The translations under genes were made by a program, and so were the position numbers. From assembly GCF_036365525.1 (NCBI RefSeq), contig NC_090409.1, positions 39,442,437-39,506,436 of the forward strand: 64,000 nucleotides of DNA, read 5' to 3'. Source of the stretch: Heterodontus francisci (Eukaryota). Below, piece after piece: positions 54,477 to 64,000 of this stretch (the first letter of the stretch is position 1; the number at the start of each line of letters is the position of its first letter). Under the pieces are notes generated by a model. It was not told the DNA's origin, did no database searches, and worked only from the letters and a program-made list of their open reading frames with translations.

Positions 54477-57400
54477 ATGGATAGAAAAGCACAGCAGGTA
54501 TTGTCAGTGTCTCACACCCGGGGGGTCAGTCATGGGGAGAGGGACCATGGACTGTTTCAGGGCTGCTCCCGGTCTCAATGTGTCTCAGAGCCGGGAGGGA
54601 GGGGAGTCAGTAATGTGGAGAGGGACCATGGACTGTGTCAGGGCTGCTCCCGGTCTCAATGTGTCTCAGAGCCGGGAGGGAGGGGGGTCAGTAATGGGGA
54701 GAGGGACCATGGACTGTGTCAGGGCTGCTCCCGGTCTCAATGTGTCTCAGAGCCGGGAGGGAGGAGGGTCAGTAATGGGGAGAGGGACCATGGACTGTGT
54801 CAGGGCTGCTCCCGGTCTCAATGTGTCTCAGAGCCGGGAGGGAGGGAGGTCAGTAATGGGGAGAGGGACCATGGACTGTGTCAGGGCTGCTCCCGGTCTC
54901 AATGTGTCTCAGAGCCGGGAGGGAGGGGGGTCAGTAATGGGGAGAGGGACCATGGACTGTGTCAGGGCTGCTCCCGGTCTCAATGTGTCTCAGAGCCGGG
55001 AGGGAGGAGGGTCAGTAATGGGGAGAGGGACCATGGACTGTGTCAGGGCTGCTCCCGGTCTCAATGTGTCTCAGAGCCGGGAGGGAGGGAGGTCAGTAAT
55101 GGGGAGAGGGACCATGGACTGTGTCAGGGCTGCTCCCGGTCTCAATGTGTCTCAGAGCCGGGAGGGAGGGGGGTCAGTAATGGGGAGAGGGACCATGGAC
55201 TGTTTCAGGGCTGCTCCCGGTCTCAATGTGTCTCAGAGCCGGGAGGGAGGGGAGTCAGTAATGTGGAGAGGGATCATGGACTGTGTCAGGGCTGCTCCCG
55301 GTCTCAATGTGTCTCAGAGCCGGGAGGGAGGAGGGTCAGTAATGGGGAGAGGGACCATGGACTGTGTCAGGGCTGCTCCCGATCTCAATGTGTCTCAGAG
55401 CCGGGAGGGAGGGGGGTCAGTAATGGGGAGAGGGACCATGGACTGTGTCAGGGCTGCTCCCGGTCTCAATGTGTCTCAGAGCCGGGAGGGAGGGGGGTCA
55501 GTAATGGGGAGAGGGACCATGGACTGTGTCAGGGCTGCTCCCGATCTCAATGTGTCTCAGAGCCGGGAGGGAGGGGGGTCAGTAATGGGGAGAGGGACCA
55601 TGGACTGTGTCAGGGCTGCTCCCGGTCTCAATGTGTCTCAGAGCCGGGAGGGAGGGAGGTCAGTAATGGGGAGAGGGACCATGGACTGTGTCAGGGCTGC
55701 TCCCGGTCTCAATGTGTCTCAGAGCCGGGAGGGAGGGGGGTCAGTAATGGGGAGAGGGACCATGGACTGTTTCAGGGCTGCTCCCGGTCTCAATGTGTCT
55801 CAGAGCCGGGAGGGAGGGGAGTCAGTAATGTGGAGAGGGACCATGGACTGTGTCAGGGCTGCTCCCGGTCTCAATGTGTCTCAGAGCCGGGAGGGAGGGG
55901 GGTCAGTAATGGGGAGAGGGACCATGGACTGTGTCAGGGCTGCTCCCGGTCTCAATGTGTCTCAGAGCCGGGAGGGAGGGGGGTCAGTAATGGGGAGAGG
56001 GACCATGGACTGTGTCAGGGCTGCTCCCGATCTCAATGTGTCTCAGAGCCGGGAGGGAGGGGGTCAGTAATGGGGAGAGGGACCATGGACTGTGTCAGGG
56101 TTGCTCCCGGTCTCAATGTGTCTCAGAGCCGGGAGGGAGGGGGGTCAGTAATGGGGAGTGGGACCATGGACTGTGTCAGGGCTGCTCCTGGTCTCAATGT
56201 GTCTCAGAGCCGGGAGGGAGGTCAGTCATGGGGGGAGGGACCATGGACTGTGTCAGGGCTGCTCCCGGTCTCAATGTGTCTCAGAGCCGGGAGGGAGGGG
56301 GGTCAGTAATGGGGAGAGGGACCATGGACTGTGTCAGGGCTGCTCCCGGTCTCAATGTGTCTCAGAGCCGGGAGGGAGGGAGGTCAGTAATGGGGAGTGG
56401 GACCATGGACTGTGTCAGGGCTGCTCCCGGTCTCAATGTGTCTCAGAGCCGGGAGGGAGGGGGGTCAGTAATGGGGAGAGGGACCATGGACTGTGTCAGG
56501 GCTGCTCCCGGTCTCAATGTGTCTCAGAGCCGGGAGGGAGGGGGGTCAGTAATGGGGAGAGGGACCATGGACTGTGTCAGGGCTGCTCCCGGTCTCCATG
56601 TGTCTCAGAGCCGGGAGGGAGGGGAGTCAGTAATGGGGAGAGGGACCATGGACTGTGTCAGGGCTGCTCCCGGTCTCAATGTGTCTCAGAGCCGGGAGGG
56701 AGGAGGGTCAGTAATGGGGAGAGGGACCATGGACTGTGTCCTGTCCCGGTTCAGAAATGGACATGAGCAGCAAGAAACTGTGGTAAAGGGGGGTAACTGT
56801 GTTTTCTTGTTGCAGGGACCCAACTTACAGAAACTCCTCCTCCTGCTGCTGCTGCTAAATGCTGTTGCTGCTGTTTCAGGTAAACGCTGTGACTGCTCTC
56901 ACATTTCAGCAGAGCTCGGGGCTGCTGGTGATATGGATTATATCAGGATTGATCTTCCTGGATGGTGTTAACCTTGTGAATTTATACAGACTGCAGTTAG
57001 CTATCTCCTGGAAAGAACATTTGTCTGGGTGTCTGGGACTGAAATCAGTAATGTGTATATTACTGGGGAATCTTCTTCTTCTTTGGCCTCCTTGTCTCGA
57101 GAGACAATGGGTAAGCGCCTAGAGGTGGTCAGTGGTGTCAGTCGCTGTGAGGCAACTATGGAGTGACCTCTCCATGGCGCATGCCTGGGCGAATGTATGG
57201 AGGTTGAGAGTTGCCCAAGCGTCAAAACCCCCCTCTCGGCCTTTCTGGTGGGGTCCAAAGGAGTGCAGAGCACGACGTTTGGCACCGGTAGTATTCATTA
57301 TATCAGGAATTCATCTTGCTTTAAGGTGCTGTGTTCACTGTGAGTGGGCCCATTGAGGGAGTGGACACAGTCGGTTCACATTACACATAATGATCATGAG

Positions 57401-60400
57401 ACCTGAAAGGAAGGCAGTTAATGTCTTCAGATTAACCCCTGTGATGTGAACAGTGGAATCTGGACACTGAGTGTTAGTGAGAATGAATCTAGAAGAATCA
57501 CTCGACACTTGGGTCTGCTCCAATGTCAAACAGTTTATTGAGTTACGCCAGCAGGGAGCAGGTCACTGGGCTGTCCAGATGCCCCTCCACTGAACAATGA
57601 AAAATCATCAATACTTATACATTTTCAAACAGTTACTCAGCCCATCCTTTCTGGACATGGTCCAATCATAATGATTACAGATTCTCTCCATTGATTATTA
57701 AAGACCAATAGAAGTGGTTACCAGGTGTGAAAGGGGCTGCAGGACCAACCCATGGACAGATAGGGGATTACTCATGATGTTTTCCATTCCTTTCTAGTCC
57801 CCATCCTTGGTTCTCCTGTACGCACACCACCTTATCTTAACCTTGTTACAGGCTGGTATCTTTGTCAGCATTCCACATGGACATCTGCTCTCCATTGAAT
57901 AAGTCTTTGAATTTATGTTACTCAGTTCCTGTGTGGAATGTGGTCAAGTTGGCTAAACCCCATGATGCCTTGCAAACTCTTCATTGTTCACTAAAATTAC
58001 GTTACGAGTTACTCAAATAACATTTAAACAGGATGTTCTTTTCTGCAGGTGCCTCTGCGCTTGGGAATACCCGTCAACACTGAGCAACACTCGGTGACAC
58101 TGGGATGGGGTCCTGAGCACTGGGATCAGGAGTCTGGGACAGTCCTGGATCAAATAGAACTGGGAATTGCCTCTGAGCATGGGGAGTAGGGTCATCAGGA
58201 TTGGGGATTGTGTTTTGGGTCCTGGGAGGGGGCAGAGTCTGGCCGTATTGGGGTGAGGAGCAAGGTCTGACAGGTTAGTGGTGGAGGGAGATGAGGATCC
58301 ACATTGCCTCGGCCCCTTTCAGACCATCAGGTGCTGCCTCACCCCCTACACAGTGTACTCATCCGTCATTGTCCCCCCAACCTGTCCAAAGCCCTTTCCA
58401 CATCCTCGGGTACCCCCTCCCCCACCCGTTCCTGTCTTTACATTTCAGGGTCAGTTTTCTGCTCCTGAGCTCCACCTCACATTGTGCCCCCCCCAGTCTG
58501 TCATTGTTCTCCCAAAGGGGGGAGGTGGGCAGGGTGACCAATATCCTGATGTGTTCTCCCAGCATGTGTACAATGGGAAACACACGATTCGAAGTGCTGT
58601 CCAGCTGCTCTGTGGATACAAATATCCAGCACAAGCTGGTTTTAGTTGAAGGCCCTTAATGCCTGACCTTTAACCTTCCCACAGAAATGAAAGCAGTGAG
58701 TTACTGATCAGTGCTTCTTGTAAATCAAGCATCGCAGTGTAACCATGTGGAGCTTGGGATGGAATGTACCAGCAGGGAGGTTATATCTGTGGATAAATAC
58801 TTTCAATCTTTTCCAGGTTACTTGCCTGTCCCAGTTTCTGGGTTCCTTGGGGAGCAGGTTGTGCTGCCCTGTATCTACAAAGGGAATGTCCCAGTCTCTG
58901 AGTTACAGCTAATTTGGTGGATATCCAATCGTGAAATTTTACACAGATTTATCGATGGGAACGATGACTTAATACAACAAGACCCACGGTTCAGAAACAG
59001 AACAAACCTGTTCAAAGATCAACTGGAGCAAGGCAACTGGTCACTAATGATCTCTGACCTCATGCAGTCAGACCAGAATGAGTATCAGTGTCAGATTTAC
59101 AAGAGGATCGGTGAGCACTATCAATGGCAACAAGCTGATTCAGTCCATCTCTCTGTAACAGGTGAGAGGTTTCTGTTTCAGGTATTCTGCATTTACTCTC
59201 TGATTTTATGAGTACGGTAGTGCAGTGGTTATGTTACTGGACTAGTAATCCAGAAGCCTGGACTAATAATCCAGAGAACGTGGCTTCAAATCCCACCATG
59301 GCACTTTCAGAATTGAAATTCAGTTTAAAATAAATCTGGAAATATAAAGTTGGTCCCAATAAAAGTGACCATGAAGCTGTTGGATTGTTGTAAAACCCAA
59401 CTGGTTCACTAATGTCCCTCTCGGGAAGGAAACCTGCCGTCCTTACCCGGTCTGGTCTATATGTGACTCCTGTCCCACATTAACCTGGTTAACTTTTAAC
59501 TGCCCTCTGATTTGCTCGGTTACTTCAATCAGTTTGTATCAAACCACTAGAAAGAAAAAACAGACTAAAACTGAACAGACCACTGGCTGTGACCCAGACA
59601 TCAAATCAGGACACAGCAAAGGCAAACCCAGCCCAGTTGACACTGCAAAGTCCCCCTCGCTGACATCTGGAAATTGGTCTCCATGTTAGGCGAGCTGTGT
59701 GACAGTCATACTCACAGAATCAACCCTCCAACCCAGACTCCTCTATCACCATCCCTGGGTATGTCTTGTCCCACTGGCAGGACAGACCCACCCGAGGTGG
59801 GGGCACAGTGGTATCCAGTCAGGAGGGAGTTTTTTATTCTTTTGCTGCATTTGCTGACAATGCATCCACTCGGTGTCGCAATACTTGCACATGTGAAAAT
59901 GCAGCCTGATCCACTGAAACGTCGCTGTCTGTGACCTTTTTGGCAGCTGCCAGTAATAAAGATGGCGACGCTCAATTTATCACAAAACAAATGAAACACA
60001 AATGCCCACAGTGGCTGTGATCACTGCCTCCATCACACCCCCAACAGTACCTCGCTCCCTCCTGCCATCACCACCTCCATCCCACCCCCAGCAATACCTC
60101 GCTCCCTCCTGCCATCGCCACCTCCATCAGTACCTCGCTCCCTCCTGACATCACTACCTCCATCCCACCCCCAGCAGTACCTCGCTCCCTCCTGCCTTCG
60201 CCACCTCCATCCCACCCCCAGCAGTACCTCGCTCCCTCCTGCCTTCGCCACCTCCATCCCACCCCCAGCAGTACCTCGCTCCCTCCTGCCATCGCCACCT
60301 CCATCCCACCCCCAGCAGTACTTCGCTCCCTCCTGACATCACTACCTCCATCCCACCCCCAGCAGTACCTCACTCCCTCCTGCCATCACCATCGCCATCC

Positions 60401-63400
60401 CACCCCCAACAGTACCTCGCTCCCTCCTGCCATCGCCACCTCCATCCCACCCCCAGCAGTACTTCGCTCCCTCCTGACATCACTACCTCCATCCCACCCC
60501 CAGCAGTACCTCGCTCCCTCCTGCCATCACCATCGCCATCCCACCCCCAACAGTACCTCGCTCCCTCCTGCCATCACCACCTCCATCCCACCCCCAGCAG
60601 TACTTCGCTCCCTCCTGACATCACTACCTCCATCCCACCCCCAGCAGTACCTCACTCCCTCCTGCCATCACCACCTCCATCCCACCCCCAGCAGTCCCTC
60701 GCTCCCTCCTGACATCGCCATCCCACCCCCAACAGTACCTCGCTCCCTCCTGCCATCGCCACCTCCATTCCACCCCCAGCAGTCCCTCGCTCCCTCCTGA
60801 CATCGCCATTCCACCCCCAACAGTACCTCGCTCCCTCTTGCCATCGCCACCTCCATCCCACCCCCAACAATACCTCGCTCCCTCCTGCCATCATTGCTGC
60901 CTACCGCAGCAGTCTACTCACCACTTGCTCCTGGCATCGCTGCTTCATTCCCTCTGCCATCCCTCTGCTCCCCTCCCCTGCTTATCTTTTCTGTCTCTGT
61001 GCGAGGAAGAAAGGCAGCAATCGCGGGACGGAGTGGGGAGGCTGGAGTGAATGGCCCACAGATAGGTGGAGGTGTGAAGCGTGGAGTGAGTAGGTGGGGG
61101 GGTGGGTGGTGGAGGGCGGAGATGAAGCGAGGCTGGGGGTGAGCGGTGAGCAGACATTGCAGTACACAATGATGTTTGAGCGTAGACATGAGTAAGTCCT
61201 GGTAAACCGGGTGCTGACGTAGACTGCACATGGGCAGCACTGTACGAACAGCAAGACTCTGATCTGCACATGTGTGAAGCTGGGAGCTTCTGATGTTGGC
61301 AGTGGGTTGCGTTGTCAGCAGTCACTTTGTTTTATTTTATTCATGTTAGTGGGATGTCTGCGTCACTGGCCAGGCCAGCATTTATTGCCCATCCCTAATT
61401 GCTGTTGAACTGAGTGGCTTGCTCGGCCATTTCAGAGGGCAGTTCAGAGTTAACCATATTGCTGTGAGTCTGGAGTTACGTGTAGGCCAGACCAGCAGAT
61501 TTCTTTCTCTAAAGGACATTCATGAACAAATCGACTGTTTTCATGGTCACCATTATTCTAGCTTTTTATTTTAAATTACTGATTTTATTAATTAAATTCA
61601 AATTTCACCATCTGCTGTGGGTGGGATTCAAACCCCTGTCCCCAGAGCATTCACCTGGGCTCTGGAGTACTAGTCCAGTAACAGTCCCACTACACCCCAC
61701 CGGTTCCCCATAGGCCCCAGGACTCCTCAGCATTGAAGTCAGTGGAAAGTAATACTGATCCCATTGTAAACCAGCGTTCCATCCAATCCTGTGGTTTACC
61801 CAAACAGCAAATTATTTTAAATTCCTGCTCTATTTCAGCGGGCTGTTGGGTTTAATTAAAGGGAGGCTGCTGCTGGTCAGGGTCTGGTTATCTCCATTGG
61901 AAACCATGTATTGATCACATTGTGGGTGTGTAAGAAAGTCGAGCTGTGGGGTGGCTTCCTGTGTCTGTGGCTGTTTATTGGTGTTTAATCTCCCACATCC
62001 CTCCAGGACTAGAATTGACCAGGGATGTGTTTGCACTGGGGATGGTTCTGAAACACTAGGTGCTGACAGTCTCTGCTGTTAGTTTTGTTAGTGTGTCCCA
62101 GTCTGTTAACGGCTTCATTCTGTCTCTAGGTCCTGGACCCTCTACTGGATTGGTAGTTGGATTGGTCATCGCAATTCTGGTTCTTGTTTGCATAATTCTT
62201 GTTCTTCTTTGCATAATTCTGGTTTTCATAATCCAAAACCGACAAAGATGGTGAGTTCCAGAATGATCTGCAGTTCCCATTGTTAATTCTAGTTTTGTTT
62301 TATTATATTTGGTGTTGTGGAAATGTTGTGTACACTGATACACTTTGTGCTGTGTAGGATGTTTCAATGCTGCATTATCCAGTCACTTCCAGCTTGTTGT
62401 CATCCTCTAGCTGCTGAACTGAAGGTGAAGAGCAGGAATGTGCGGCTCCCTCTATCACACAGTTAATAGACACTCGCCTAATCTCTGCAGCAAACAACTC
62501 ACCAGCCTACACCTAAAATCCCCTTGTCCCCTCTCCTCTGACTTTTCACCAGCCTCTGATCCTTGCTCTGTTCCCCAGTCACTGACTCCATCCCCTTCCC
62601 TGGCCACTGTCTGAGGCTGAACCAGACTGTTCACAACCTCGGAGTCCTATCAGACCCTGAGCTGAGCTTCTGACTCCATATTCTCCCATCACTCAAATCC
62701 CACCTACCTCCGCTTCTGTGATGTACCCTGTGTCCACTCTCATCCCTTGACCTGACCATCAGTGGTTTTGATCACTAACAATAAAATATGTTGCATTTCT
62801 CTGCCTCCCTCAACATCCACATCTCCCTGCCCATCTCTTGCCCATCTGCCAGTTGTGGGGGGGAAACTATTGCAGATTCTCTAACTCTGTCCTCTGACTC
62901 TTTTTTCCCCATCACAATATTTCTGCCTCCGTCAGCCTGTTTGGTCACTGCTGGGTCGGGTTTGATCACATCAGGGAATATCCTGTCCATCTGACTCCTC
63001 TCAATAATTCAGGATCAGTCTGGAGAGTCTGGACATTCCCAGCCTCCTCCTGTCTGATCTGATCCCCATCATCTTCAGCTCAGTGTTAACTGAGATCCTC
63101 ATCAATTCTTCTTAATCTCCAATGTTGAGGTGAGCTGTCATTTTTCTATTGGTCTGGTTCCTCGGTTAGCACAGGTCCTGTGGAGTGTCCAGCTCTTGCC
63201 CATTGCCTCCTCTCCTCTGCACTCTGTGCTCCATCACCGTGCAGCTCCTGTGACCCATTTTCCAGCTGCCATTGGGGCCCAGGAGGTTGAGTGTAATTTA
63301 ATCGGTCTGTGCTCCTGAACAGCTCCTTTACACACTTGTACAAAGTGTTGGATTCTTTTAATGTAACCTGAACTCTGCTGTTTTTTCCCTCCCAGGAAAG

Positions 63401-63564
63401 CGAACAAACACAACATCAATCACAATGAAGCATCTAATGTCATCCCTTTGACAGGGGTGACTTGTTTAGGTAGCAAGGTCCCATGTTTCACAACAGCACC
63501 TGAGCATCAGAATGGAGCAGCTGGAGAACAAAACCTTCTGGGGAACGGGGCTGTCCAGCACTAA
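54477..63564 (+). CDS. Single-IgV B7/butyrophilin-like membrane protein, copy D (inverted); exons 54477-54497, 56816-56879, 58817-59161, 62130-62250, 63396-63564 (239 aa)
   Basis: MDRKAQQ|gtattg..ttgcag|GPNLQKL8NAVAAVS|gtaaac..ttccag|V domain|gtgaga..tctag|TM|gtgagt..cccag|WKANKHNINHNEASNVIPLTGVTCLGSKVPCFTTAPEHQNGAAGEQNLLGNGAVQH*. Indels relative to the paralogs are all multiples of 3. Confidence 0.86.
54521..56740. repeat. 81-bp tandem repeat, about 27 units, in intron 1 of D
   Basis: 27-aa periodicity in the ORF track; bracketed by the donor at 54498 and the acceptor at 56815. Confidence 0.95.
57071..57290. mobile_element. Short D-specific insertion with a (CTT)n end, probable retroposon fragment
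   Basis: Absent from the matching intron of B. Confidence 0.45.
57472..58079. mobile_element. Solo LTR in intron 2 of D
   Basis: TGTT..AACA termini, CTGAG TSD; empty site in B near 23890. Confidence 0.8.
58817..59161 (+). CDS. IgV exon of copy D (345 nt, F-G loop 4 aa longer)
   Basis: Within ORF 58711-59211; YQCQIYKRIGEHYQWQQADSVHLSVT. Confidence 0.93.
59213..59830 (+). mobile_element. tRNA-headed LINE 5' part
   Basis: tagtgcagtgg A-box-like and ttcaaatccc B-box-like motifs running into an APE-like remnant. Confidence 0.62.
60030..60890. repeat. About 47-bp C-rich minisatellite, about 18 units, intron 3 of D
   Basis: ccatcccacccccagcagtacctcgctccctcctgccatcgccacct. Confidence 0.95.
61335..61705 (-). 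mobile_element. SINE with tRNA head and LINE-derived tail
   Basis: Head resembles 59213-59520; tail aattagggatgggcaataaatgctggcctggccag matches the LINE 3' end at 8980-9015. Confidence 0.72.
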
Positions 63565-64000
63565 CTGAGTTTACACTGCACTGAGCCTGGGTCAGGGAGG
63601 GAAAATCAGCCCAGTATTGTGGTTATCCAGTGAATCCTGGTGGAAAGTCTGAGATCGGGATCAACAATCACTTCCCACTCTGTACAAATCCCTCTGACCA
63701 GCAGAGTCTTGAGATAATCACCCAATGAAAGTTTTGTCCCGTTACTCGAAAACCTGTCCGATTGATATTTCATTGTATCTCAGTATTACTGATACAGTGT
63801 CCAAACCCAGTCTCAGGAACACACAGGACCAACTTCAGCTGTGTAACCCATTGATCACTCCCTGTGTGAGATGGTAACTTCCAAAGTATCCAAATGATGA
63901 GCGAGTGGTTTTATGAAAGTGACTCTGTTTTCCTAAATAATTTTTTTAAAAAAAGGAATTTCTAGTTAAGCTAAGTAAATGTTTTTTTAATGAAGAGGAC

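Noticed and set aside
54382-56971. 562-, 610- and 319-aa repetitive ORFs as stand-alone genes
   Set aside because: They arise from an 81-bp (3n) repeat inside a GT-AG intron; paralogs have 0-2.4 units.
58711-58816. MLLVNQASQC.. as the N-terminus of the Ig proteins
   Set aside because: Begins at GTG in intron sequence upstream of the ttccag acceptor; the real leader is on exons 1-2.
2385-63564. Assigning a symbol such as CD276, VTCN1 or MOG
   Set aside because: Only family-level motifs are recognisable, and the architecture does not match a specific ortholog.

Overview
Vertebrate genomic DNA, most likely from a shark or other cartilaginous fish (HE1-type V-SINE, CR1/HER1-type LINEs, Deu-domain SINEs, Penelope-like fragments). 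The main feature is a cluster of four paralogous five-exon genes that I assembled by hand from GT-AG sites. Each encodes a type-I membrane protein of about 231-239 aa: split leader (7-codon exon 1 plus poly-Leu exon 2), one B7/butyrophilin-type IgV domain, a TM exon and a Tyr-free tail, with no IgC or B30.2 exon. Copies A (2385-11479), B (18656-24642) and C (33659-44222) are tandem on the minus strand; copy D (54477-63564) is inverted on the plus strand. All four reading frames are intact. Differences cluster in the V-domain C-C' and F-G regions and in the TM, and the copies look like mosaics of one another. Each copy's 5' region differs: A has an 89-bp CCAAT/TGAGTGACAG/GC-box module repeated about 9 times, D has an 81-bp intron-1 repeat expanded to about 27 copies, and C has a 40-bp minisatellite where its promoter should be. 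The rest is nested transposon debris (LINEs, solo LTRs with TSDs, SINEs), minisatellites and a tRNA-Thr pseudogene. All alignments and counts were done by eye, and family assignments come from motif recognition, not database searches.
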